From a virus, in IMG/VR virus record IMGVR_UViG_3300036790_000034, positions 33,492 to 97,491 of that record: 64,000 nucleotides of DNA; one strand, written 5' to 3'. Within the stretch, counting starts at the first letter, position 1, and every line of letters starts with the position of its first letter. Below the pieces are notes generated by a model that ran no database searches, was not told where the DNA came from, and saw nothing but the letters and a program-made list of their open reading frames with translations. A program made the translations under genes and the position numbers. This document shows positions 1 to 10,035 of the stretch, piece by piece.

Positions 1-552
1 GTGACACAAGTCAAGGATGCGTTCGGCAACCTCTGGATTGTCACGGTCTATGGGACGTGCGGCAACACAAATCCTTTCATCACCAATCTCAATCCTGTCT
101 TCCCGTCACTCGCGAATCCGACGCAAGTCGCGACGACCGCGACCGACGGCGGCGTCACATGGACCGCAGTCAACCCCAAGGGGCAAGGCTTCCGGCTCAA
201 CCCGATGCCAACCCAGACCGGACCAGTGTGGCAGGTTGCACCTGTGGGCCAAGCCCGCATTGCACAGTTCACTACGCTTGACCAGTTCCTTGAACCAGTC
301 CCCGACGACTACTTCTCGTATCTCAAGACTGGTTTCTTCGCACAGTGCTATCGCTTCCATCCCGACCCAAAACAACGAGGGAAGTTTCAGACAGAGTTCA
401 CTCTGTGGATGCAGGCACTCGACAACGCAGTTCGTCAAGGTTCTCGTGAAGAGGACGATTGGAGTTTCGTGCCATCATCGAATGTGCTCGATACAGGTTG
501 GGCCTTTAATCCAGTAAATCCCGCGATGCCCTATGGTCCTTGGGCCGGTTAG
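1..552 (+). CDS. Virion structural protein, C-terminal part (putative head-tail adaptor; 5'-truncated by the window)
   Basis: Open from base 1. Contains the TDGGVTW motif also seen in the large tail protein, and lies at the head of the structural module. Confidence 0.5.
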   Translation: MTQVKDAFGNLWIVTVYGTCGNTNPFITNLNPVFPSLANPTQVATTATDGGVTWTAVNPKGQGFRLNPMPTQTGPVWQVAPVGQARIAQFTTLDQFLEPVPDDYFSYLKTGFFAQCYRFHPDPKQRGKFQTEFTLWMQALDNAVRQGSREEDDWSFVPSSNVLDTGWAFNPVNPAMPYGPWAG

Positions 553-606
553 AATAAACAACTTACGGGGATTATCGAAAATAATTGAGGCGAATAGAAA
601 TAGAAC

Positions 607-635
607 TTGCTACGGGGTGGATTCTGTGTTATGAT
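607..635 (+). promoter_or_regulatory. Sigma70-like promoter for the downstream endonuclease
   Basis: TTGCTA-17 nt-TATGAT with a TG extension, followed by an AGGAGG RBS before ATG 653. Confidence 0.55.
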
Positions 636-652
636 GAGGGTTAGGAGGAACT

Positions 653-1090
653 ATGCCTTCAGAAGTAACACAATTCAAATCGGGTTCGGCTCACCATTTT
701 GGTCAAAGGGACCGCTGTTCTAGTGGTCATCTATACCTTGAGGGTTCGTTCAAAATTGTTGATAAGGACGGGTACTCATACCGACATTGTCGAGTGTGTA
801 GTCGTCTCGCGACAAAACGTGCTCATCAGATGAGGTACTACGGTATCACACAAGAACAGCGGGACGATATTTTCGTCAAGCAAGGCTCTTGTTGTGCTAT
901 CTGTAAGTCGAAGTATCACGGCGGACGAGGTTGGCATACCGACCACGACCACGTAACGAAGAAGGTGCGGGGCATTCTTTGCCATCCGTGCAATCTCGCA
1001 TTGGGGAACGTTAAGGACAATGTAGAGATTCTACAGGCACTCATCGAGTACCTGCGTGGAACAGAGGGCCGTGAACAACGGGCCACGTAA
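653..1090 (+). CDS. Endonuclease VII-family (HNH) homing endonuclease
   Basis: QGSCCAIC...DHDH.T.KVRGILCHPCNLALG motif and an N-terminal C..GH...CRVC Zn module. Confidence 0.85.
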   Translation: MPSEVTQFKSGSAHHFGQRDRCSSGHLYLEGSFKIVDKDGYSYRHCRVCSRLATKRAHQMRYYGITQEQRDDIFVKQGSCCAICKSKYHGGRGWHTDHDHVTKKVRGILCHPCNLALGNVKDNVEILQALIEYLRGTEGREQRAT

Positions 1091-1114
1091 TATGGATGCT
1101 CTGTCGGATAAGCC

Positions 1115-1531
1115 ATGTTGAATTTCTTTCGTAAAACCGCCCTATGGATTGTCGCTATCCCGATGCTTTGTTTTTTCCTCGGTGCCGCGTCGAATCAAGC
1201 CGTCCTTGTTGCTAATCATGACAAATTTCCCGTCATGTGGAATGACGCCAAGGTCAACCTCTACCGACTCGAAGCGACCAAAGCCGCCGAAGCTGGAAAT
1301 GAAGATGCCGAAATTGCTCTCGCCCTCTTGGAGCATGGCTACCTCGACGATACACATTGTTTGATGACAAAAGAGACGCATCTCAATTTTCTCGCAGACT
1401 GGATTGACTTGAAGTCCGCGACATACAGCCTCGGAGACCTCCTACTTGAATTAGGTGAGCGAGGAATGGGATACTCCTCGGTCGCATGGGTGGTTGTTGT
1501 CCTCGGAGGACTCCGCAAGAAAGAAGAATAA
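1115..1531 (+). CDS. DUF5317-like membrane protein
   Basis: Hydrophobic termini; NQAVLVAN..KFPV ... L.FLADWI.....YSLGD pattern. Confidence 0.55.
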   Translation: MLNFFRKTALWIVAIPMLCFFLGAASNQAVLVANHDKFPVMWNDAKVNLYRLEATKAAEAGNEDAEIALALLEHGYLDDTHCLMTKETHLNFLADWIDLKSATYSLGDLLLELGERGMGYSSVAWVVVVLGGLRKKEE

Positions 1532-1535
1532 AGAC

Positions 1536-1913
1536 ATGGCATTGGCAACTTGTAGAAACGGACATTATCGTACTTCCTCGAATTCCAGAACCCGCTCGAA
1601 TGGTGATGTTCGTTGTCTACAATGCGAACGTGAGAACAAACGTTTTCATAGATACGGCTTATCCGGCAAAGAATGGGAGGAGTTGTTTGATTCGCAAGGT
1701 CGATGTTGTGCTGTTTGTAAACGCACAGAAACTAAGGGTTGGGATTGGCATACCGACCACAGTCATACAACCAGCATAGTTCGTGGCATCTTGTGTGATG
1801 GATGTAATCGTGCTCTTGGAGCCGTCGATGATAATATCGACATTCTGCTGGCTCTTGTTGAATATCTTAAACGGAGTTCTTATGGCGTTGGCAACGTATA
1901 CGATTGCAAATAG
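1536..1913 (+). CDS. Endonuclease VII-family homing endonuclease
   Basis: CRNGH..CLQC; QGRCCAVC; DHSH...VRGILCDGCNRALG. Start taken at ATG 1536. Confidence 0.85.
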   Translation: MALATCRNGHYRTSSNSRTRSNGDVRCLQCERENKRFHRYGLSGKEWEELFDSQGRCCAVCKRTETKGWDWHTDHSHTTSIVRGILCDGCNRALGAVDDNIDILLALVEYLKRSSYGVGNVYDCK

Positions 1914-2826
1914 TATTGAGTGGGCAAAGAAGTTTGCATTTGCACGCGGAATGGTTTTGGGAAATTCGTTGGAGCCTGCTCTTACGAGTGCGTATTTGGT
2001 TACTCAAACGATACTCAGCCCCCCTTTCGAGTGGTGGTGGAACAATGAGGAGTTGGTGTTCACTTGCAATCCGACACCGAACTCCGCGACGAGCACTGCA
2101 ATCAGCATCTCTGCGGGTATCGTCACTGTGACAGCGGCGAACACCTTCGCTGTCGGCAATCTCTTGATGCCCTCGCTCATCGCGGGCGGCTCAATCGCAC
2201 TCAACGGTCAAATCATCGAAGTGCTGACTGCGACAGGCTCCAGCTTCACGGCCGAAATCAATCTGCCGAATTCGACAGATACTGTCGGCACCTTTACGAA
2301 CCTGACCACTCAGGATTACACGATTCCGACGCCGGAATTTTCGCACATCGAACACGCAAGTGTCCTCGACCTAGATGCGACGGGCAATCCGATTAAGTGG
2401 TACGAACTCACGGTCAAGAACATGCTGAGTCTCGAAACCTCAAAAGGCCGTCCTGAGTTCATCTCTCCGCACACGGAAGATGGAGCAGGAAACACGACCT
2501 TCCGCGTCTCGGCAGCACCTTCCAAGAAATTCCCTGTCTCTGTTCACATTCAGAAAGTCGCACCACTTTACACGAGCATTAACCAAGTGTGGGCCGTGCC
2601 GGATTTCATGATGAACATTTACAATTGGGGATTCCTATCCTTGATGTGGCAGTTCGCTGATGATCCGCGTGCTGCATTCGCCAATAACCAGTTCAAGGCG
2701 GCTCTGCTCGGTCGGGCCGAAGGTTTGACAGAGGAACAGAAGAACATCTTCCTCAACAATTGGCAGGACTTGCAAATGGGCTTCATGGCAAAGATGCAGC
2801 AAGGCATAGCAGCACGAGGCCAGTAG
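1882..2826 (+). CDS. Putative head-tail adaptor protein with an inserted beta-rich domain
   Basis: GGAG RBS before ATG 1882; position in the structural module; helical ends flanking a Thr/Ser-rich insert. Confidence 0.5.
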   Translation: MALATYTIANSIEWAKKFAFARGMVLGNSLEPALTSAYLVTQTILSPPFEWWWNNEELVFTCNPTPNSATSTAISISAGIVTVTAANTFAVGNLLMPSLIAGGSIALNGQIIEVLTATGSSFTAEINLPNSTDTVGTFTNLTTQDYTIPTPEFSHIEHASVLDLDATGNPIKWYELTVKNMLSLETSKGRPEFISPHTEDGAGNTTFRVSAAPSKKFPVSVHIQKVAPLYTSINQVWAVPDFMMNIYNWGFLSLMWQFADDPRAAFANNQFKAALLGRAEGLTEEQKNIFLNNWQDLQMGFMAKMQQGIAARGQ

Positions 2827-2835
2827 GAGTTTTGG

Positions 2836-3129
2836 ATGTCCGCACCCACTAAGCAGTCAGTCACCTTCAATTTTCAAGACCCTGCTGGACGCCCTCTTGC
2901 TTTAGGGTCAGTGACTTTTCGTCTTCAAGTAGATATTTCAACTTTTTCTGATAGCGGACCCCAGATATCTGCTGGGCGGCTGGTGACGGCCTCTCTTGAT
3001 TCAAGCGGTTCTTGCACTGTCCTGCTCTGGCCCAATAATCTTCTTGCCCCTGCCTCGATTTATTTCGTGGTGGCGTATACCGCTCAAGGGCAACCCGCGT
3101 GGCGGGGAGAATTGACCGTCACTGAATAG
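2836..3129 (+). CDS. Stand-alone copy of the tail-fibre N-terminal attachment domain
   Basis: FQD..G..L..G...FRL..D...LD..G...LW.N..L.P...Y...GQPAW is shared with the N-terminus of the next gene. Confidence 0.6.
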   Translation: MSAPTKQSVTFNFQDPAGRPLALGSVTFRLQVDISTFSDSGPQISAGRLVTASLDSSGSCTVLLWPNNLLAPASIYFVVAYTAQGQPAWRGELTVTE

Positions 3130-3135
3130 AGGTTT

Positions 3136-4296
3136 ATGCCTTCCAAAGTACAACTTATCGGTGGTGCCTTTCAGGATAGCGAAGGCAACATTCTCACTAA
3201 CGGCCAGCTTAAATTTCGACTCTCCCAAGACGCTTCGGTGTCCGGGGTAGGAAATATATGTTCCGGGGTAGAGGTTATCATCCAGCTTGACGCAGATGGC
3301 AACGTGGTCAGTTCTCCGGCCCAATACCTTTGGGGGAATGACAGCCTTCTCCCTATTAACACTTACTATCGTGTGACGGGATATACCTTCGCTGGCCAGC
3401 CCGCGTGGGGGCCGAATAATCAACAAGTCGAGGGTTCGGGGACTTTTGATCTCGGAACGTGGGTGCCTAACAGTGTGATTAGCTGGCTGCCTGTCGTAAA
3501 CCAGCCTCTCGTGCTGAAGAATAACGGCGTGCTGAATAGCAGCCAAGCACTTCTCAATTTGGAATCCTCTGACTCCAGCGTGACTATTACCGACGAGGGT
3601 GGAGGAAATATCAATCTTCAAGCGGGTGGTGGAACATTCCAAAACACCATCGGCAGTACGGCGGCTGGGGTAGTGGGTAATTCTTTCAGTCAAGGTTCCA
3701 ACATCGGCATGGCTCTTACCCCCATCGGAAATTCTGCACTAGGGATCAGTAGTGGCCCGTCCGCAACCGAGGGCTGCTTCGTCCCGCTACAGGGCTCTTC
3801 CAGCGATCAAGTAGGAGCGTTGATTGATGTGACTTTCAATATCTCATTGGGGATTTTGAAAGACTGGTTTTGCAAAGTCACCTTAGTGGGTACAACGTCT
3901 TCTCGATATTGGATGGGAATTTCGGATACCACATCATCGAATGTCGGCAACGTATTATTTTCTGATACACCCGCCGCGAACTTCGTTGGATTCTTGTGGT
4001 CCAGTAGCGTCGGGGGTGGGGGAAACTACAACGCTGTCTGCCAGACAGATGCAACTCATCAAACGCTGGTAGACACCGGAGTATCCCTTGGCGTTGGGGA
4101 TAAATTGGAATTCAAATCATCTGGTAGCTCCGTGTTGTTCTACATCAACGGCTCCCTCGTTGCGACGATTAGCACCAATGTTCCTTCGACATCTCTAGGA
4201 CTATCTTCTGTGCTTACCAACGACTGCGATGGAAATGTTGAGGCGTCAAACTACCAGATGAACTGGTATTACGTCTACGCTATCCTGAATTATTAA
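3136..4296 (+). CDS. Tail fibre / receptor-binding protein
   Basis: N-terminal attachment domain; Gly/Ser-rich beta C-terminus ending in a lectin-like FYING..VATI.TN.P segment. Confidence 0.65.
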   Translation: MPSKVQLIGGAFQDSEGNILTNGQLKFRLSQDASVSGVGNICSGVEVIIQLDADGNVVSSPAQYLWGNDSLLPINTYYRVTGYTFAGQPAWGPNNQQVEGSGTFDLGTWVPNSVISWLPVVNQPLVLKNNGVLNSSQALLNLESSDSSVTITDEGGGNINLQAGGGTFQNTIGSTAAGVVGNSFSQGSNIGMALTPIGNSALGISSGPSATEGCFVPLQGSSSDQVGALIDVTFNISLGILKDWFCKVTLVGTTSSRYWMGISDTTSSNVGNVLFSDTPAANFVGFLWSSSVGGGGNYNAVCQTDATHQTLVDTGVSLGVGDKLEFKSSGSSVLFYINGSLVATISTNVPSTSLGLSSVLTNDCDGNVEASNYQMNWYYVYAILNY

Positions 4297-4308
4297 CGAA
4301 AGGCCACT

Positions 4309-7300
4309 ATGAGTCAGCTTGCAGCGAACGGCGGACAGCCGCAAAAAGCACCGAAGTACGCTCCAATCTATCAGGGACGTTTCTTCAACGGCATCAACAC
4401 AAATCGTTCCCCGTTGCGTGCAGCCAGTGCAAGCCACATCGCTGAGAAGTTCTACTCGGATAACTCCGGCGATGCGATGATTGCAGGGTCTAACATCGAA
4501 GTTACTAACCGTCTGACTCTCGGTCGGCGTCCCGGTAACCCGATTTTCGATTTGGCCCATCAGTACAATGACCCGGATGCGTTCGATGAATTCCGCGTCA
4601 ATAAAGCACAGAGCGATGTGTTCGGTACGACTATCGAACAGATTTTTACGATGATTGACGAAACGGGTTCGGGGAATTTCCTCTACTCTTTCGACGCATC
4701 GAGTGGCAAACGTGGCGGTGATTCAGCTTACAAATATGGACTGAAATTCCAGAAAGCCTCTGGAGCCGGACAAACGTTCATGCAGGAAGTGGGCAACTCG
4801 CTCTATCTCGCGAACGGCGTCCAGAACAAGAAGTGGTTGACCAGTCTCTTCGTTCGTAATTCCGCAGGAAACAATCAGTTCCTCCAAGGTTCTGACGGTC
4901 TCGCTGGGACGTATCCTTTTGGCACTTATCTTATCGACCCTGCCACGGGGAATATCCAGCAATTCATCGGCATTAGCATCGGCAACGTCACCAACGTCAA
5001 CGTCTCGAACAACATCTTGACGTTGACCATCACTGTCACGGACGACACTCGCGACTACCCAATCGGAACATCCTTCCAGTTGTGGGGTATGACAAGTAAT
5101 CCGTGGCTCAATGGTGCGACCATCACGCTGACCTCGGAGTATGACCATACGCTTTTCGGTCGAACATTCGTCGGAACAACGACGCACGCGAATACGAACA
5201 CGCCGGAGTCCGGTCAAGCGTTCGTCATTCAGACAGGCACTCAAGGCGGCGGCAGCACGATTTACGTCGCTGAGACGGGCAACAGTGTTCCGACATGGGG
5301 CACGACTCTCCCCGCTATCTCGAATGACTTCCAAGGAAGTTTGACCGAAGATGGCAACACCATCTGGCTCAATCGTGGCGTTAACTACCCGAATGAGTCT
5401 CCTGTCCAGCAGCCTAGCGTCATGAATTGGGGAATTAAAGCCCCGAAGACGGCTCCAGCTTTCACATCTTCAGGTGCAGCGGTCTCGTGGCAGACCAACA
5501 CGTATTATTCTCCGGTCTCAGTCTTCATTGACCCTACGTTCGGAAACCTCTGGCAGATTACAACGCCGGGAACGACGGGGTCCGCACAACCGACATGGCC
5601 CGCGTCACCCGTGCATCAGCAGAAGGTCATCATCACTGGCCTCTATGCCGATGGCACGAACATCTTCGTTAAGACGGACACACAGTCCCCAGCTCTTGTA
5701 GCGGGCGACACGGTCGTCTTCCAGAACATGTGTACCTTCGCCAACGGTCAAGGTTCATTCCCTGACCTCGAAGGCGTATCCGTGACGGTGTCCGCGACTG
5801 GTCTCACCACGACGGCCTTCCAAGCACCTTACACTGCGAACGTCATCGGCTCCGGCTCACCTATCGCGGAGTACGGACAAGCAATTAAGACCGCCGGAAC
5901 GAACCCTCCGACTACAGTGTCGGAATCAGGTCACGGTGGAACTGCGGTGTGGACGAGCATTCAGTTGGCTGCATCACTGACATGGCAGGCTCACACGCAC
6001 TACAACGTCGGAGACTTCATCGTCTCTCCGACCAAGTTCTTGTTCCAGCTTGGCCGCAAGACACAACCTTTCATCAACACAGCACTCGGGCTGCATATCA
6101 ATATGAACTCTCTGAACGAGCCACAATCTCTTCAGAACAGTGCGTATCAAGGTGCGTTCCCGTATTTCAACTCTGGTGACCCAGCTATCAGCGGACTCCC
6201 TAATTGGCAAGCTGAGTCAGGCTTCTACACCAATCAGAATTTGTCATCCGTCTGGTTACAGCGTACTCAACCGCCGGGGAGTGGAAGTTCAAGCACTCCA
6301 TATGGTGAGAACGCTGTCAACGGTGCTGGAGAAGTTGGTGCGAACTCATCACTGGCCGCAGTGTCTTCAAGCTGGGTCGGCGTCATCAAGTGCTATGTCT
6401 TTATTCCTCGACCGGGAACGTACACCTTCACTTGTCAACACAACGATGGTGCGATTTTCTGTTTCGATTCACAAGGTATTGACACAGGCACCGTTGCTCC
6501 GGGTGCGTTCAAAGCATCTGGTGGAACGGACAACGTATCCCAAACAATCTCTCCCGGCTTCGGCTTCGGTCGTCCCGGTGGGGTTGACCTCTGTGGCACG
6601 AACACCAGTGACCGCACAGGTCCGGGTCCATTCGCACAATCGGCAACAAAACCCGCAGACTCCGCGACGTGGAACTTCCCGCAAGCGGGAAATTATGCGT
6701 TGGAAATTGACTACGCAAAGTGGTATCACTCCGGTGGTTACATGGTCTTTATGTGCCCCGGCTCAGGTGGTGCCCCGGCCCAGACTCTCGCAGTAGGACG
6801 CGATGAGTCAGGTACGTCCGCTCCGTCGTGGCCCGCGTTCACCAAAACAGGTGCAGGGTTCGACACAACGAATGAAGTAATCATTTGGGGTGGAAACGTA
6901 GTTGAGGTCTCGACTGCTGGACAGCAGTACCTTTGGAACAACGTCGGACCCAAGAGTGACTTCGTGTGGGTCGCGGGGAAGAATTACACCCTCCCCGGAA
7001 CAGTCATCATCGACACGAACAGCAATCAGCAAGGTGCCTACGAAACAGGCATCACCGGGACGGTTCAACCGACGTGGTCAAACACGACGGTCGGTTCGAT
7101 TCTCGCAGACCCTAACCCACCGCTTCAGTGGATTAACGAAGGGTCGGTGCCCAATTCCTCGACGCAAGGCAACACCATCACGGCGTTGTCTCAACAGGGT
7201 TGGCTCTACTGGATTGCACTGGTCAACACGCTTGACCAGACAGTGTCCAACGTCAGTCCGGTTTCTCTGCCGACTGGCCCAATCAGCAAGGGTCAAATCA

Positions 7301-8634
7301 CCTTCCCTGCTGGCTCGGGCTTGGATGTGACGCAGATTGACCCACAGGCTGATTACGTTGCGATTTTCCGTTCAGCAGATGGCTTCAGTACGCCGCTGCT
7401 CATTCCGGGGTTTGTCAACTCGCCGTACACGGTTCCGCTGGCACAATATCTGGCATACGGATATGTGGACACGGTGCCGGACGCGGAGTTGAACAACCTC
7501 GAACAAGGTGCTCAGGCTGGCGAGAACACGCCTCCTGCCACTGGTGCAAAGAATCTGTCTTACCATCTGTCCCAAATCTGGTACAGTATCGGTAACACGG
7601 TTTACTATACGACAGGCCCGCTGGCTCCCATCGGCAACGGAACTGACGGCACTGCACCGGGGAACTTCGCAGAGTGCTCATCCCAAGTTCGACGACTCGT
7701 GCCGACGGCAATCGGCATGTTGGTCTTCACGGTGAGCGATGTCTATATCATTGCTGGGAATGGAACGTCCACGAGTCCAATCCTTCCCGCGATTCCGTAC
7801 CTCACAGGCATCGGTCTCGCAAACTACAACGCCCTCGACATCAATGGCGGCCTTATCGGGTTCTTCACGACCGACAAGCAGTTCGTCATCTTTGATCCGA
7901 GTGCAGGACTTAGCTACGTGGGCTTCAACATCGGCGACCAGTTCCGTCTCAACAACGGACAACCAGGGCAGAGTTGGAACACTTCGACGGTTTACGTCAC
8001 TTGGTATGTGAACGGCGAAGACGCAGCATGGTACGTAGCTGACGGCGTGAACGGATGGTTCAAGTGCATCGCAACTCCTGCCCCCGAACAGGGCAGTGTT
8101 GCGTGGTCACCGTTTGCGACAATCGTTGGTGGTGCAGGTGCGATTAGGAGTGTCGAGACTACTCCCGGCGTTCACACGTTGCTCGTCGGACAAACAACAT
8201 CGACAAGCAATTTGCTTTACCGTAACTTGTCCGCGACCACGGACAACGGAACAGGTAACTCGAACGGTTCGACGTATAGTGCATACGGCGTCATCGGCTC
8301 AATCGTCCTAGCTCAACCGGGCCAGATTGCGAAACTCGCATTCATCACGACCGATAGCGTCAACGTTGGTTCCCCACTCATCCTTGGGGTCATTCTCGAC
8401 GAAGCCCTGCCGTATTACACGGGTTCGTTTGATATCCTCAAGGACTGGAAGACCGACCCCACGAACATGCCACAGAGCACTTCAATCCTTTCGCAAAGGT
8501 TCTATCTTGCGGAAAATACTGAAGACTCCGCGTACTGCAAGCACTTGCAGATTATGTGCCAGTGGCCTCCCGAAGCTGCGATGAACGAATTGCAGACTTT
8601 GACCGTGTTCGGGGCCTACGAAATTGAGCAATAG
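4309..8634 (+). CDS. Large tail (nozzle-like) protein with a PA14-like domain and Trp-containing carbohydrate-binding-like repeats
   Basis: 1441 aa; WQ.NT.Y and PTW repeats; PA14-like VFIPRPGTYTF...NDG...GNYALEIDY; propeller-like C-terminal region. Confidence 0.65.
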   Translation: MSQLAANGGQPQKAPKYAPIYQGRFFNGINTNRSPLRAASASHIAEKFYSDNSGDAMIAGSNIEVTNRLTLGRRPGNPIFDLAHQYNDPDAFDEFRVNKAQSDVFGTTIEQIFTMIDETGSGNFLYSFDASSGKRGGDSAYKYGLKFQKASGAGQTFMQEVGNSLYLANGVQNKKWLTSLFVRNSAGNNQFLQGSDGLAGTYPFGTYLIDPATGNIQQFIGISIGNVTNVNVSNNILTLTITVTDDTRDYPIGTSFQLWGMTSNPWLNGATITLTSEYDHTLFGRTFVGTTTHANTNTPESGQAFVIQTGTQGGGSTIYVAETGNSVPTWGTTLPAISNDFQGSLTEDGNTIWLNRGVNYPNESPVQQPSVMNWGIKAPKTAPAFTSSGAAVSWQTNTYYSPVSVFIDPTFGNLWQITTPGTTGSAQPTWPASPVHQQKVIITGLYADGTNIFVKTDTQSPALVAGDTVVFQNMCTFANGQGSFPDLEGVSVTVSATGLTTTAFQAPYTANVIGSGSPIAEYGQAIKTAGTNPPTTVSESGHGGTAVWTSIQLAASLTWQAHTHYNVGDFIVSPTKFLFQLGRKTQPFINTALGLHINMNSLNEPQSLQNSAYQGAFPYFNSGDPAISGLPNWQAESGFYTNQNLSSVWLQRTQPPGSGSSSTPYGENAVNGAGEVGANSSLAAVSSSWVGVIKCYVFIPRPGTYTFTCQHNDGAIFCFDSQGIDTGTVAPGAFKASGGTDNVSQTISPGFGFGRPGGVDLCGTNTSDRTGPGPFAQSATKPADSATWNFPQAGNYALEIDYAKWYHSGGYMVFMCPGSGGAPAQTLAVGRDESGTSAPSWPAFTKTGAGFDTTNEVIIWGGNVVEVSTAGQQYLWNNVGPKSDFVWVAGKNYTLPGTVIIDTNSNQQGAYETGITGTVQPTWSNTTVGSILADPNPPLQWINEGSVPNSSTQGNTITALSQQGWLYWIALVNTLDQTVSNVSPVSLPTGPISKGQITFPAGSGLDVTQIDPQADYVAIFRSADGFSTPLLIPGFVNSPYTVPLAQYLAYGYVDTVPDAELNNLEQGAQAGENTPPATGAKNLSYHLSQIWYSIGNTVYYTTGPLAPIGNGTDGTAPGNFAECSSQVRRLVPTAIGMLVFTVSDVYIIAGNGTSTSPILPAIPYLTGIGLANYNALDINGGLIGFFTTDKQFVIFDPSAGLSYVGFNIGDQFRLNNGQPGQSWNTSTVYVTWYVNGEDAAWYVADGVNGWFKCIATPAPEQGSVAWSPFATIVGGAGAIRSVETTPGVHTLLVGQTTSTSNLLYRNLSATTDNGTGNSNGSTYSAYGVIGSIVLAQPGQIAKLAFITTDSVNVGSPLILGVILDEALPYYTGSFDILKDWKTDPTNMPQSTSILSQRFYLAENTEDSAYCKHLQIMCQWPPEAAMNELQTLTVFGAYEIEQ

Positions 8635-8666
8635 AATCAACAACTTACGAGTTTGAATTATGCTCC

Positions 8667-8695
8667 TTGACTTTCTTGTCGCAACATGAGATACT
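8667..8695 (+). promoter_or_regulatory. Sigma70-like promoter for the downstream endonuclease
   Basis: TTGACT-17 nt-GATACT with a TG extension. Confidence 0.5.
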
Positions 8696-8711
8696 GGCGA
8701 TGGGAGAAGAT

Positions 8712-9329
8712 ATGGAGAAAAGATACAAACTTGAAGGTCATGAACAAGACGTTGTTGATGCGTATCAGAGTGGACAACCGACCACTCTGATAGCTCGAAC
8801 ATTCGGGGTGTCTGCGACCTCAGTTAATCAACTGCTAAGAAAACTCGGGGTGCCTCGTCGTGATATGAAGACGAGTCACCCTCAAAAATCGCACTGTCGG
8901 TATGGGCACCCCCTATTCGGGGATAACCTCTATACGACGCAACGTGGGACTCGGGGATGTCGAGCATGTCGTAAGGCGTGGTTCGAGAAACATACACAGA
9001 CGGAAGAACAGAAAAATCGTAGTCGTGATTGGGGGCGACGAAAGCGAGAGAGCGACCCCGAATATCAGCGTAATGCGGATTTGTGGTCTTACTATCGTTT
9101 ACGTCGGCCTGAGTACGACCAGAAACTTCAGATTCAAAAACATCAATGTGCCGTGTGTAAGCAGTTGATGGAAAAACCTTGCGTTGACCACGACCACACT
9201 ACGTTTCAAGTGCGAGATTTAGTTTGTCGAAATTGTAATCTCGCTATCGGCCACGTAAGGGAAAGTCTCGAAATCGCAGAGGCTCTCGTCGCTTACCTCA
9301 AGAAATGGAGCACTCATGCCGCCTCTTAG
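8712..9329 (+). CDS. Endonuclease VII-family homing endonuclease with N-terminal HTH
   Basis: IARTFGVSATSV HTH; HCRYGH..CRAC; QKHQCAVC; DHDH...VRDLVCRNCNLAIG. Start uncertain (8700 or 8712). Confidence 0.85.
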   Translation: MEKRYKLEGHEQDVVDAYQSGQPTTLIARTFGVSATSVNQLLRKLGVPRRDMKTSHPQKSHCRYGHPLFGDNLYTTQRGTRGCRACRKAWFEKHTQTEEQKNRSRDWGRRKRESDPEYQRNADLWSYYRLRRPEYDQKLQIQKHQCAVCKQLMEKPCVDHDHTTFQVRDLVCRNCNLAIGHVRESLEIAEALVAYLKKWSTHAAS

Positions 9330-10026
9330 TCATATGATTCGTAGTTCAAGCCCGAAAGGGTTCGAGGCTGTAGAAAATAAACCTGAAGCACCCCCGGTCG
9401 TTCAACCGGGGCGTGCTCAAGGCGGAAATCCCTACATCCGTTGTCCTCTCCCACCCTTCAATGCGACCGTCGATACAATGCGACAGTTCAATGAAGAAGG
9501 AAAGGTTCCGACACGTCGAGTTATCCCTATCCCTGTTCTACTCTCAGGCGGGGGTGGAACGACTGTAACTAAGACTTCTGTCATCAATCAAGGTGGTGGA
9601 GGTTCGGGCGGTGGCTCAACCGTAGTACCTACTAAGTTGGTCTCGGCAACAGTTACTCTGAAGGTACCTGCTTTGACTCCCGGCGGAATCTTCACGGCCA
9701 CGGTGACAATGGCAAAGTCATTCCAGCTTTTGCAATTGACATCTTCGGCACCACTTGAGATTCGCGTATACGGAGATGCACTTACTCAAGGTTCAGACGT
9801 ACCGCGTTCGACGGACACCGCTGTCCCTTTTGAGACAGTTCCCGGCGTCATTACGGATGTGGTCTTCGACACCGCCCCGTTTATTTGGTCCTGGCAAAAT
9901 AGGGTCGGAGCGAATGCCGATTCACCGATATCGACAAGCATCTATATCACGGTAATAAACCCTTCGCAAATCGTGGGTTCCTCTGCGGCTATTCTTTCTT
10001 TTTCGTATCTTCCTTTGGAGTCTTAG
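9316..10026 (+). CDS. Putative tail-associated structural protein
   Basis: Gly linker and beta-rich C-terminal domain; position in the tail module. Confidence 0.45.
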   Translation: MPPLSHMIRSSSPKGFEAVENKPEAPPVVQPGRAQGGNPYIRCPLPPFNATVDTMRQFNEEGKVPTRRVIPIPVLLSGGGGTTVTKTSVINQGGGGSGGGSTVVPTKLVSATVTLKVPALTPGGIFTATVTMAKSFQLLQLTSSAPLEIRVYGDALTQGSDVPRSTDTAVPFETVPGVITDVVFDTAPFIWSWQNRVGANADSPISTSIYITVINPSQIVGSSAAILSFSYLPLES

Positions 10027-10035
10027 GAGTCTTTT

